Shown here: one piece after another, positions 17,146 through 26,091 of the stretch
Position numbering within the stretch: position 1 is the first letter of the stretch
How the letters are laid out: each line of letters opens with the position of its first letter
Assembly: GCF_000012805.1 (NCBI RefSeq)
Contig: NC_007484.1
Coordinates: 630,001 to 662,000 of the forward strand
From: Nitrosococcus oceani ATCC 19707
GTDB taxonomy: Bacteria > Pseudomonadota > Gammaproteobacteria > Nitrosococcales > Nitrosococcaceae
DNA length: 32,000 nt
Direction of reading: 5' to 3'
Notes under the pieces: model-generated
The model's input: only the letters and a program-made list of their open reading frames with translations
What the model was told of the DNA's origin: nothing
Database searches by the model: none
Position numbers and translations under genes: made by a program

Positions 17146-17169
17146 GGCGCAATTTTAACAAATTGCGCC
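17146..17169. promoter_or_regulatory. perfect 10-bp inverted repeat GGCGCAATTT-TAAC-AAATTGCGCC abutting the uvrD start codon
   Basis: Read directly. On the minus strand the 3' arm ends 1 nt before the uvrD ATG. It lies 67 nt downstream of the hemL stop. Confidence 0.4.
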
Positions 17170-17236
17170 TCTACTAGGGGATATAGGCATTAATTTAGGA
17201 GGGGGATAGGCTCGGATTTGCTAATAATTTTGCCTG

Positions 17237-18529
17237 CTAGGAGGATAGTTTAGCCAGCACCCGTTCTGCTGCTTGCAGGGTGGCCGCTATGTGTTCATCG
17301 TTATGGGCACTGGAGACAAAACCTGCTTCAAAGGCAGAGGGAGCAAAGTAAATGCCGTGTTCCAACATGCCATGGTAGAAGGATTTAAAACGATCTAGAT
17401 GGCAGTTGGTTGCTTGTTCGTAGCAGGTGATTTCTTCCTCTCCAGTGAAGAAGAGGCCAAACATACCTCCCACCTGATTGGCCGTCATGGGAATATCCGC
17501 ATCACGGGCTCGGCCTAGGATACCATTAACCAATTTTTGGGTTTGGCGGGATAAATGCTCGTAAAACCCAGGGGCCTGAATCAGTTTGAGAGTGGCCAAT
17601 CCAGCCGCCATGGCCACTGGGTTGCCAGAGAGGGTACCGGCTTGATAGACGGGGCCTAGGGGGGCAATCATCTCCATAATTTTTTGGCGGCCACCAAAGG
17701 CGCCCACCGGCAAGCCGCCACCCACTACCTTGCCTAGGGTGGTTAAATCCGGGGTGACATCATAAAATGCCTGACCGCCTCCCAGGGCGACCCGAAAACC
17801 GGTCATGACCTCATCAAAGATAAGGACACTGCCGTAGTCATCGCAGATAGTCCGTAATCCCTCTAAAAAACCTGGAACAGGTGGGACGCAATTCATATTC
17901 CCAGCAACAGGCTCGACAATGATGGCCGCAATTTGCTCGCCAAAATGGTTAAAAATTTCCTGGACCTCCCCCAGGTTATTGTAGCTGACGGTCAGCGTAT
18001 GTTCGGCTACCGCCAGGGGAATGCCGGGTGATGTGGGTACCCCGAGGGTCAGGGCGCCTGAGCCGGCTTTCACCAGCAGAGAGTCGGCGTGACCGTGATA
18101 GCAACCCTCAAACTTTAATATCTTGTCCCGCCCGGTAAAACCACGGGCGAGCCGGATAGCGCTCATGGTGGCTTCCGTGCCTGAGCTGACCATGCGGACC
18201 AGATCCATGCTAGGGACGAGACGGCACAGAGTTTCAGCCATTTCGATTTCAGTGGCGGTCGGAGCGCCAAAGCCCAGTCCCTGGGCTGCCGCTTCCTGGA
18301 CCGCCGCAACCACTTCCGGATGGGTATGACCGACAATCAAAGGACCCCAGGAGTTGACGTAGTCGATATAACGGTTATCGTCCACATCATAGAGATAAGC
18401 ACCCTCGCCGCGGACGAAAAACACGGGTTCGCCGCCGACGCCCTTGAAGGCACGCACGGGAGAATTGACCCCGCCGGGAATATGAGCTTGGGCCCGTCGA
18501 AATAAGTTATCTGAATGGATCTGGGTCAT
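17237..18529 (-). CDS. hemL: glutamate-1-semialdehyde 2,1-aminomutase
   Basis: 430-aa ORF, a class-III aminotransferase with typical HemL N-terminus ([17 protein letters not shown]) and a PLP-Lys region ([11 protein letters not shown]). Confidence 0.92.
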
Positions 18530-18697
18530 GAGAAAACCTCTGCTATTTGTACCACGGCGTTAGGTAAAAAATGGGTATTTTGTGCACTCGAAATGGCTAA
18601 GGGCGCTTTTTATTTTCCAGGGGCAATATATCATAATCATAAGGTGAGGCTAGACTTCTTCACCAGCCAATAAGGTGCCTGTTGCGCGGGCCCCCCG

Positions 18698-19027
18698 TTA
18701 AGGGGCAATGGATTTTGAAAAAACATTGAGTACCACTACGCCTGCTATGATGAGCGCGAGTCCAAGGAGTGCGGGTGTATCTAGAGTCTGCCCATAAAAA
18801 AGCCATGCAACCAAAGTGATTAAGGCTACGCCAACCCCTGACCAAACCGCATAAGCAACCCCCACAGGGAGGGTGCGCAGGGTAAGCGATAGAAAATAAA
18901 AGGCTGCGCCGTAGCCGAGAATAACGGCCAGTGATGGCCCGAGCCGGGTGAATCCAGCCGCAGCCTTCAGGGACGATGTGGCAATCACTTCCGCCAGGAT
19001 AGCTAGTGACAAAAAAATCCACTGCAT
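18698..19027 (-). CDS. emrE: small multidrug resistance (SMR) transporter, EmrE/Qac subtype
   Basis: 109-aa ORF with four TM segments and the essential Glu in [17 protein letters not shown] and YAVWSGVG are near-identical to E. coli EmrE blocks. Confidence 0.8.
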   Translation of the reverse strand: MQWIFLSLAILAEVIATSSLKAAAGFTRLGPSLAVILGYGAAFYFLSLTLRTLPVGVAYAVWSGVGVALITLVAWLFYGQTLDTPALLGLALIIAGVVVLNVFSKSIAP

Positions 19028-19042
19028 TATTAAAAGCTTTTG

Positions 19043-20749
19043 TTAGTTATAGGTAGCACTTTTGGTGTGTTCAGTTTCTTCAGTTTGTCGGCTTTGAGAA
19101 GGCGTTTTCCAATTTAATGTTCGCTGGGGAAATGGAATCTCAATCCCCAGTTCATCGAAACGGTTTTTCAGCCGCCGCCGGTATTCTCGAGCGATTTCCC
19201 ATTGTTTACCGGCTCTAGTTTTAAAACGACAACGAATAATGATTTCTGATTCTCCAAATTTTTCCACCCCAAACATTTCAAAATCTTTAATAAACCTGGC
19301 GCACATTGGAATTTGCCGCATCTCTTCTACAACTTTTTTCATCACCTCCATGACATGGTCGACATTTTCTTTGTAGGCGACGCCGATATCAAGCACCATC
19401 TGCCCATAACCCTTGGTGAAATTAACGACTTTCTTAATTTCACCGTTGGGGATATAGATAGCTCGACCGTCCAGATCCCGTAATTGGGTATGGCGCAGAT
19501 TCACCACCTCCACAACCCCCGAAAATTCGTCAATCTGAATGATGTCATTAATGCTGTATTGTCCTTCTATCAGAATAAAAATACCGTTGATGATATCTCG
19601 AATCAGATATTGTCCACCAAAGCCCAGGGCGAGGCCCACGATTCCTACACTGGCTAAAATCGGTGCCATATTAATGCCGAATTCATCCAGGACAAGATAG
19701 CTCACAGTGAGCACAATTAGAATGGTGCCAAGCCAATTGAGTAATAGCACCAGGGTTCTTAGTCTGGCGCTGCCTTCCCGGACTTCCTCTCTTTTAACTG
19801 TTACGCTTTCAAATTTATTGACGGCGAGTCTCTTTATAAACCAAATAATAAAGCCCGCTAAAATAATCCAGGCTGCGGTTGTGGCTTGCTCTAGGAAAGT
19901 CCGCTTTGCTGCCCGCTGCTTTCTTAATTCTGCAAACTCTTGTTGAAGTTTTTCAATTTCAGTTTCCGTAGCAGTCGTTTTTTCTTTCGCGGCTTGCTCT
20001 TTAGCTTCGATAGCGGCAAGCCTGCTTTCTTCGGCGGCAGTCGCCTGTTTACGTTTTTCCGCTTCTTCCGCTAATTTTTCAACTTCTTTTTGGTCAGCTG
20101 CATCCCCCGTGGCTTGGGCTTTAGCCTTGGCGGCTTCTAGTTGCTGTTGGGCTGCCCTGGCTGCCTGTGCTGTTTTTTCCACTTGCTGTTGCACCGTGGC
20201 TTTTTTGAGGGCGGTTTGCGCCGCCTCCAGCTTGGCCGCCTCAGCGGTTTCTTTCACCTGTTCTATTTTTTTATCAGTCTCTTCTGCTTTTTTTTCTAGG
20301 GCCTCTACCTCGGCTTTTCTTCCTCGTTCCTCTACTTCTTGTGGTTGTGAGGCAATGGCAGCCGGCGGCTTGACCTCAAAGCTAAAGGGCTTAGTCTTTT
20401 GTCCTTCCGAGTTGCTCACTTGTGCCTGCCAGGTAGCGGGCCCCGTGGAAACATTGACATAGATCTCCAATATTTTGCTGCTTATGAACCGAGTTCGTTC
20501 GGGGGGGATAGGGAAAATTCGCTCTCTAAGGCGCAACATGACTTTTGACTTTGCGTTAAAGCCTTCTCCGATTAGCTTAATCCATTGCCGTTGTTGGGCT
20601 CCTGGAACAGGATTGGGTTTAACCGCCGTTATCGTTGGCGAAGCTGAATTTTTTGTGGTGTTTTCTTGCGGTGTTAACGTTTCTTCGGCGTGGGTATTTC
20701 CGGCGATGAAAATAGCTAAAAAAAGCAATAAGGCGCGCCAATTCGCCAT
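19043..20749 (-). CDS. MscS-family mechanosensitive channel with a large N-terminal exported domain (Ig-like IPT/TIG-type module plus long coiled coil)
   Basis: 568-aa ORF. In order: a signal peptide; PTITAVKPNPVPG...IKLIGEGF...FSFEV (IPT/TIG-like pattern); about 150 aa of Ala/Glu/Lys/Gln coiled coil; TM helices; and the MscS beta-domain (IQIDEFSGVVEVVNLRHTQLRDLDGRAIYIPNGE). Confidence 0.8.
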   Translation of the reverse strand: MANWRALLLFLAIFIAGNTHAEETLTPQENTTKNSASPTITAVKPNPVPGAQQRQWIKLIGEGFNAKSKVMLRLRERIFPIPPERTRFISSKILEIYVNVSTGPATWQAQVSNSEGQKTKPFSFEVKPPAAIASQPQEVEERGRKAEVEALEKKAEETDKKIEQVKETAEAAKLEAAQTALKKATVQQQVEKTAQAARAAQQQLEAAKAKAQATGDAADQKEVEKLAEEAEKRKQATAAEESRLAAIEAKEQAAKEKTTATETEIEKLQQEFAELRKQRAAKRTFLEQATTAAWIILAGFIIWFIKRLAVNKFESVTVKREEVREGSARLRTLVLLLNWLGTILIVLTVSYLVLDEFGINMAPILASVGIVGLALGFGGQYLIRDIINGIFILIEGQYSINDIIQIDEFSGVVEVVNLRHTQLRDLDGRAIYIPNGEIKKVVNFTKGYGQMVLDIGVAYKENVDHVMEVMKKVVEEMRQIPMCARFIKDFEMFGVEKFGESEIIIRCRFKTRAGKQWEIAREYRRRLKNRFDELGIEIPFPQRTLNWKTPSQSRQTEETEHTKSATYN

Positions 20750-20809
20750 TGAAAAACCTCTCTTTAATTATCTTAGATTTTGACTTATGCGGGGAAATTT
20801 TCGTTTGGT

Positions 20810-21673
20810 TTAGTGCAGACAACGAAACATTTGCCGCCGATAAAGGGGAACGAGTTCATGATCAGAACCGAGAATGCTAAACACGGCTAGCAGAGCTTTG
20901 CGGGCAGCGCTATCTCCATATTTGGGATCCCGTTTGAGCAGATCCAGGAATTGTTCCAAGGCGCCCTGGTAATCCCTAGAAAACGCTTGCTGTACGCCAA
21001 GGAGATAACGGGCCTCGGAATCCTCCGGATTTGTTTTGAGGCGCTGCTTTAGAAGCGCGATATCTGGAGCACGGCTGGCAAAGGCAGTAAATTCGATTTG
21101 CGCCAGTAGGCCGCTTGCGGGTTCTTCCTCCCGTATTTCGCGGGGTAGTGTCGTTAGAATTTGTTCGGCTTCTGCTATTTCTCCTTGTTTGAGGAGGGTT
21201 TCTGCTAGGGTTAGAGAGATGCGGTGGTTTTTCGGGTCTATTTCCGCAGCCCTATGCAAGAGCTCAAGGCTCCGCTCTTCTTGTCCAGTTGCCCGTGCTG
21301 TTTGAGCCTGCTCCAACAGCAGATCGGATTCGCGGATGAGATGTCGATCAATGGCAGCGCGGATAGCCGATTCCGGTTGGACACCCACCAATTCTTCAAC
21401 GACTTCGCTATGGCGGAATAGTTTCAAAGTGGGCAGGCCGCGCACTCCGTACTGATGCGTTAAGCTTTGCGCTTCGTCGGCATTTACCTTGGCCAGCCAA
21501 AATTGGCCCTGGTAGCTTTCGGCTAACTGCTTTAAAAGAGGCATGAGCATTTGGCAAGGCTGACACCAAGCCGCCCAGAAATCCACAAGAACAGGGGTTT
21601 GGTAGGATTTTGTCAGAACCTGTTCGGCAAAGTTGGCTTCAGTGATATCAAGAATATAATTGTTTTCGCTCAT
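20810..21673 (-). CDS. thioredoxin-domain plus TPR-domain protein (YbbN/CnoX-like architecture, but with an intact WCQPC motif)
   Basis: Track ORF extends to 21805 and would overlap thiE. ATG 21673 gives MSENNYILDITEANFAEQVL...VDFWAAWCQPCQ, followed by TPR-like helices. Confidence 0.75.
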   Translation of the reverse strand: MSENNYILDITEANFAEQVLTKSYQTPVLVDFWAAWCQPCQMLMPLLKQLAESYQGQFWLAKVNADEAQSLTHQYGVRGLPTLKLFRHSEVVEELVGVQPESAIRAAIDRHLIRESDLLLEQAQTARATGQEERSLELLHRAAEIDPKNHRISLTLAETLLKQGEIAEAEQILTTLPREIREEEPASGLLAQIEFTAFASRAPDIALLKQRLKTNPEDSEARYLLGVQQAFSRDYQGALEQFLDLLKRDPKYGDSAARKALLAVFSILGSDHELVPLYRRQMFRCLH

Positions 21674-21710
21674 TGTTAAATTTGGAGTGTTCAAGACATT
21701 ACGGAAAAGG

Positions 21711-22364
21711 TTAAAAAAGACGGGGTTTAGGCAAATTCCAGCTTGGGAAATGTTGCCGGTAGGCAGCCGCTGCCGCACGGATATCCCTGCTTTTGAAGAG
21801 TCCACCGATTACAGCCACCGCGCTGGCGCCCGCTTCGATAACTTGCAGTGCGTTTTCTGGCGTGATGCCGCCAATGGCTACAATCGGCAGGTTTAAATTC
21901 TTTCGAGCTTCTCTCAGCAACGCCAGGGAAGCCCAAATGGGTTCTGGTTTAGTGATGGATGGAAATAAACGACCGAAGGCCACATAATCAGCGCCGGCTT
22001 GTTCCGCCGCAATCGCCCGCGCCAAGTCATTATAGCAGGAGATGCCAATAATCGCTTTGGCGCCCAGGATCTTTCGGGCTGAAGTAATAGAAGAATCATC
22101 TTGTCCCAGGTGAACACCCTCTGCGCCAATTTCAGCGGCAAGCAAAGCATCGTCATTAATAATCAGCGGCGCCTGATATTGGTGGCAGATTCGCTGCAAG
22201 GACTCGGCCTCTTTATAGCGCCGCGTTATCTCTTGGCTTTTGTCCCGATATTGGATTAGAGAGGCGCCACCCTGTAATGCTAGGGCAACGGCATTACCCA
22301 AATCTTGACGGGGTAATAGGTGGGTGTCAGCAATGGCATAAAGGCCGCGAATGGAACTGCTCAT
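21711..22364 (-). CDS. thiE: thiamine-phosphate synthase
   Basis: 217-aa ORF with a TIM-barrel ThiE pattern (LYAIAD..., IQYRDK, LIINDD, GVHLGQDD, IGISC, ADYVAFG, PIVAIGGI). Confidence 0.88.
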   Translation of the reverse strand: MSSSIRGLYAIADTHLLPRQDLGNAVALALQGGASLIQYRDKSQEITRRYKEAESLQRICHQYQAPLIINDDALLAAEIGAEGVHLGQDDSSITSARKILGAKAIIGISCYNDLARAIAAEQAGADYVAFGRLFPSITKPEPIWASLALLREARKNLNLPIVAIGGITPENALQVIEAGASAVAVIGGLFKSRDIRAAAAAYRQHFPSWNLPKPRLF

Positions 22365-22515
22365 GGGTATGCGTGGATAACTAATGATATAAATTAATAT
22401 AGAAAGTTTATCAATCTCCTAGCTGAGATGCGATTTTCCCCTGCTGAAAAAACATGCGAGAATCCGCCTCATCGCACCCCATGGATTTCATAATAATAGG
22501 TTGAGTGAACGGCTT

Positions 22516-22680
22516 ATGAAGCGCTATATGTGTATTATTTGTGGCTTTATTTATGATGAGGCGGAAGGCTGGCCCGAGGATGGCATTGCCCCCGGCACCA
22601 AATGGGAAGATGTTCCTGAAACTTGGCTTTGCCCCGATTGTGGCGCGGGTAAGGACGATTTTGAAATGGTGGAGATTTAG
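22516..22680 (+). CDS. rubredoxin (54 aa)
   Basis: Hand translation: [54 protein letters not shown]. It has two CxxCG knuckles and conserved aromatic positions. It falls below the ORF-track length cut-off. Confidence 0.9.
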   Translation: MKRYMCIICGFIYDEAEGWPEDGIAPGTKWEDVPETWLCPDCGAGKDDFEMVEI

Positions 22681-22772
22681 AATTTTTAGGGGCCAAATCG
22701 GAGAATAGCAGCGGTTGGTATGGGTGCCATGGGCGATATGAGGCTTTAGTAAAGGATTCTCTCATAAATTTA

Positions 22773-22801
22773 TTGAGAATAATTTGTATTTAAATTATTA
22801 T
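22773..22801 (+). promoter_or_regulatory. candidate sigma70 promoter (TTGAGA-17 nt-TATTAT) overlapped by an AT-rich Fur-box-like sequence
   Basis: Read directly. GAGAATAATTTGTATTTAA (22775-22793) matches 11 of 19 positions of GATAATGATTATCATTATC by hand alignment. It is upstream of the TonB-type operon. Confidence 0.3.
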
Positions 22802-22811
22802 ATGCCCCCCT

Positions 22812-22839
22812 TTGTCAAGGAAGAAATTATCTTTAGAAT
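22812..22839 (+). promoter_or_regulatory. candidate sigma70 promoter TTGTCA-16 nt-TAGAAT for the TonB2-type operon
   Basis: Read directly. Each hexamer matches its consensus at 5 of 6 positions. It lies 119 nt upstream of the first ORF start (22958). Confidence 0.4.
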
Positions 22840-22957
22840 CCGGGTTTTTGGAATGGTGTTTTTTCGCCGTTAGTGGACCCAGAATGCTGTAGCGCTTTTT
22901 TGCGAATCTTTGCAGGACAGTAAAGAGGTTTGTTTATTCGAGAGTTGAAGAAAATTT

Positions 22958-23731
22958 ATGCCTCAGAAGTTAGTCAAATTAAGCCTCTATATAGTGTTGA
23001 CCTTTGTTATGGGGGCTACCATGCAGGGGATAGGGGCTCCATTGGAGAGCGCTATCGATGCTCAGGTCAAGGCAGATCAGGCGGCCGCGAGATCACAGCG
23101 CAAAATCGATGCCTTGTCCGAGGAGACGGCGGAGCTTTTGGCGGAATATCGCCAGGTGACAACCCAGCTTGACAGTTTCCGTACCTATAACCGCCAACTG
23201 GAGAACTTAATTCGCTCTCAAAAGGAAGAGTTTGCTTCTCTGCAACAACAGCTTACCGATATTGAAATTACCCAGCGGGAAATTGTACCTTTGATGCTGC
23301 GCATGGTTTCATCCTTGAAGCAATTTGTGGCATTGGATATTCCTTTTCTTCCGCGAGAGCGCCAGACTCGTATCGAGCAGCTTCAGATTCTTATGGATCG
23401 AGCGGACGTAAGCTTGTCGGAGAAATACCGGCGCCTTATAGAAGCCTATCAAGTAGAAGTGGAATATGGGCGGACCATTGAAGCCTACCGGGGAACTTTG
23501 GATATGGATGGAAAGCCTCATACGGTGGATTTTCTCCGGGTTGGGCGCACGGCCCTGTTTTTTTACACCCTGGACGGCAAGACTTCTGGGCGCTGGAATG
23601 CTCATGGGCAAAGCTGGGTGGTTTTGCCCGATCACTACCGGGCTGCCATAGCTGAGGGTCTCCTCATTGCCCGCAAGCAGGCCCCGCCGGATCTATTACT
23701 GCTCCCTATTCAAGCGCCGGAGGCTAGATAG
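22958..23731 (+). CDS. DUF3450-family periplasmic coiled-coil protein (TtpB-like first gene of TonB2-type systems)
   Basis: 257-aa ORF with a signal or anchor segment, a coiled coil, then REIVPLMLRMVSSLKQFVALDIPFLPRER...YRRLIEAYQVEVEYGRTIEAY, which is characteristic of DUF3450. Confidence 0.7.
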   Translation: MPQKLVKLSLYIVLTFVMGATMQGIGAPLESAIDAQVKADQAAARSQRKIDALSEETAELLAEYRQVTTQLDSFRTYNRQLENLIRSQKEEFASLQQQLTDIEITQREIVPLMLRMVSSLKQFVALDIPFLPRERQTRIEQLQILMDRADVSLSEKYRRLIEAYQVEVEYGRTIEAYRGTLDMDGKPHTVDFLRVGRTALFFYTLDGKTSGRWNAHGQSWVVLPDHYRAAIAEGLLIARKQAPPDLLLLPIQAPEAR

Positions 23732-25167
23732 TGGTAACGGCCAAGTTTTATGCCCTGCATAAGGGCAAGCAGGTATTTCTGGGGGTGAAAGGTTTAATAT
23801 TTCTCCTTGGCCTGATCGCATGGTGGACTCCGCTAAATTCTTGGGGTGCTCAGGCGCCGAAAACGTTGGATCAGCTCTTAGAACAGGTCCGCCAGGACAG
23901 CCTTCAAGATCGCAAGTTAAATGCGAAGCGGGAAGCACGCTTTCTCGCTGCCCGCAACCAACAAAAGGAACTGCTAGCAAAGGCAAAAGCAGACCTTCAG
24001 GCCGCCGAGCAACGAGAAGAAAAACTGAGGCAAGCTTTTGAACAAAATGAAAAAGCTTTGGCATCAAGGGAGGCCCAGCTCAAGGAGCATTCTGCCTCCC
24101 TGGGAGAGCTATTCGGGGTAGCCCGGCAAGCAACCAATGACCTCCTGCAAATTATTAATAATTCTCTCGTATCAGCTCAACTTCCTGGACGTGCCGAGGA
24201 GTTGTCAGCCATTGTGGCGCACAAGGCATTACCGACTATCGGTGAACTGCGTCAATTGTGGCTGAGTTTGCAGGAGCAGATGACGGAATCGGGGAAAGTC
24301 GTCACTTTTTCGGCTCCCGTGATCACGGCGGGCGGGGCAGTTGAAAAACGGGAAGTTTCCCGGATAGGGGCCTTTACCGCTGTTTCTGAGGGTAAATACC
24401 TGCGCTATCTTGCCGAGCCTGTTGCTGGGCTGGTGGAACTCAACCGGCAGCCCCCCTCCCGCTTTCTTGAGGCCGCGGCTGAGTTCGAGAGGGCGGAAAG
24501 CGGCGAGGTTGTGCCTATGGCGGTGGACCCGAGCCGGGGCGCTATCCTTTCTCTGTTGGTGCGGAATCCCAGCTTGCTAGAGCGAATCCAGCAGGGCGGA
24601 TGGATTGGCTATTTAATACTGGGTCTCGGGGTGATTGCTCTGCTGATTGCCCTGCAACGGTTTATTTCCCTCCTGATTATCGGGCGGCGCATTGACCGCC
24701 AGCGCCAGCAAAAAACGCCTAGTGAAAATAACCCTCTAGGCCGGATACTAGGGGTCTATACCGGTGGCAGAGAGGATGTAGAAACCCTGAGTCTCAAGCT
24801 GGATGAAGCTATTCTAAGAGAGATTCCAAGTATTGAGCGAGGGTTGCCGGTTTTAGCAATCCTTGCGGCTATTGCGCCGCTTTTGGGCCTTTTGGGGACG
24901 GTCACGGGCATGATTGAAACTTTCCAGTCGATTACACTGTTTGGAACGGGTGATCCCAAGTTGATGTCCGGAGGTATTTCCCAAGCGTTAGTGACAACGG
25001 AATTAGGGCTGGCAGTGGCTATTCCCGTGTTACTGATTCATAGCAGTCTTTCCAGTAAGAGTAATCGGCTAGTACAAGTGCTGGATGAGGAAAGCGCGGC
25101 TATTGTTGCCCGGTTGGCGGAAGAAAAACAGGGGCTACTGGAGAAAAGGGATGGGAGTGCTGTCTGA
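23731..25167 (+). CDS. long MotA/TolQ/ExbB-family proton-channel protein with an extended N-terminal periplasmic coiled-coil domain (TtpC-like)
   Basis: 478-aa ORF. The C-terminal third carries the MotA/ExbB channel signature (APLLGLLGTVTGMIETF...GISQALVTTELGL). The GTG start overlaps the upstream TAG by 1 nt (TAGTG). Confidence 0.75.
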   Translation: MVTAKFYALHKGKQVFLGVKGLIFLLGLIAWWTPLNSWGAQAPKTLDQLLEQVRQDSLQDRKLNAKREARFLAARNQQKELLAKAKADLQAAEQREEKLRQAFEQNEKALASREAQLKEHSASLGELFGVARQATNDLLQIINNSLVSAQLPGRAEELSAIVAHKALPTIGELRQLWLSLQEQMTESGKVVTFSAPVITAGGAVEKREVSRIGAFTAVSEGKYLRYLAEPVAGLVELNRQPPSRFLEAAAEFERAESGEVVPMAVDPSRGAILSLLVRNPSLLERIQQGGWIGYLILGLGVIALLIALQRFISLLIIGRRIDRQRQQKTPSENNPLGRILGVYTGGREDVETLSLKLDEAILREIPSIERGLPVLAILAAIAPLLGLLGTVTGMIETFQSITLFGTGDPKLMSGGISQALVTTELGLAVAIPVLLIHSSLSSKSNRLVQVLDEESAAIVARLAEEKQGLLEKRDGSAV

Positions 25168-25675
25168 GAGCTTATTCCGCATTGAGCTATTGCTGGAGAA
25201 GGGCGGTATTGTTTTGTGGCTCATTCTTATGGCCTCTTTATTAATGTGGGCGTTGATTGTTGAACGGTATTATTTTTTACTTTTGATTTATCCTGCGCGT
25301 TTGCAGCAATTTCTCAAGCAATGGCAGCAACGGCAAGATCGTCAGTCCTGGTATGCCCAGCGCATTCGGGAAGGAATGGTTGCCGAGATCTCCGCTAGCC
25401 TGCACCGGTTCCTCCTGCCCATAAAGACTTTGGCGGCGGTGCTGCCCATGCTGGGTTTATTAGGTACGGTGATGGGGATGATTCAGGTTTTTGATGTAAT
25501 GACAGTCTTTGGTACGGGTAATGCTCGCGGGTTTGCGGGAGGTATTTCTATTGCCTTGATCACAACGATGGCCGGTTTGGTGACCGCTCTGTCGGGACTT
25601 TATTTTAGCGCTAACCTGGAGCACCGGGCCCAGCGGGCTATTCAGCACACTAGAGACTCGCTGCGCCGGGAATAG
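25151..25675 (+). CDS. exbB: ExbB/TolQ-family proton channel
   Basis: The ATG 25151 form (MGVLSESLF..., 174 aa) overlaps the upstream gene by 17 nt. Signature: LPMLGLLGTVMGMIQVF...GISIALITTMAGL. Confidence 0.8.
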   Translation: MGVLSESLFRIELLLEKGGIVLWLILMASLLMWALIVERYYFLLLIYPARLQQFLKQWQQRQDRQSWYAQRIREGMVAEISASLHRFLLPIKTLAAVLPMLGLLGTVMGMIQVFDVMTVFGTGNARGFAGGISIALITTMAGLVTALSGLYFSANLEHRAQRAIQHTRDSLRRE

Positions 25676-25680
25676 AAACG

Positions 25681-26091
25681 ATGAGAGAACAGTATAGCCA
25701 ACGCCAAAGCGGATCGGCAGTGAATATCAATCTTACTCCTTTGATTGATATGGTGTTTATTCTGTTGATTTTTTTTATTGTGACCACTTCCTTCGTGAAG
25801 GAAACGGGGGTTGAGGTCAATCGGCCTTCAGCAGAGACAGCGGTACGCAAGGAACGGAGTAATATTCTTATTGCCATCCGCGCTAATGATGAGATCTGGA
25901 TGGATCAGCGGCAGATCGATATTCGTGCGGTGCGGGCCAATGTGGAACGCTTGTATGCCGAGAACCCGGAGGGGGCCGTGGTTATCGTCGCCGATGAGGA
26001 TTCCAAAACCGGGCTGGTGATCAATGTGATGGATCAGGCCAGGTTGGCTGGGGTGACGGACGTCTCTATCGCTGCTGCTAAAGATCAGTGA
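25681..26091 (+). CDS. exbD: ExbD/TolR-family biopolymer transport protein
   Basis: 136-aa ORF. INLTPLIDMVFILLIFFIV contains the conserved Asp-containing TM, followed by a periplasmic domain. Confidence 0.85.
   Translation: MREQYSQRQSGSAVNINLTPLIDMVFILLIFFIVTTSFVKETGVEVNRPSAETAVRKERSNILIAIRANDEIWMDQRQIDIRAVRANVERLYAENPEGAVVIVADEDSKTGLVINVMDQARLAGVTDVSIAAAKDQ

Noticed and set aside
17146-17236. LexA/SOS box upstream of uvrD
   Set aside because: No CTGT-N8-ACAG-type sequence is present. The palindrome found has a different sequence and is reported separately as unexplained.
19012-19042. Guanidine-type riboswitch upstream of the SMR gene
   Set aside because: Only 15 nt separate the MscS-family stop and the SMR start, so there is no room for a riboswitch. 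The SMR sequence also resembles EmrE/Qac rather than the SugE/Gdx subtype.
20109-20462. 117-aa Ala/Ser/Cys-rich plus-strand ORF, and other antisense ORFs inside long genes (e.g. 8005-8454, 10421-10870, 30796-31575)
   Set aside because: They are mirror frames of strongly supported genes: the coiled-coil region of the MscS protein, the ADH, the phosphatase and guaB. They have low-complexity or biased composition and no SD.
22365-22515. TPP riboswitch upstream of thiE
   Set aside because: A GCTGAGA string is present, but on the plus strand, which is the wrong strand for thiE. The other conserved thi-box elements (ACCTGATCTGGATAATGCCAGCG-like) are absent on either strand.
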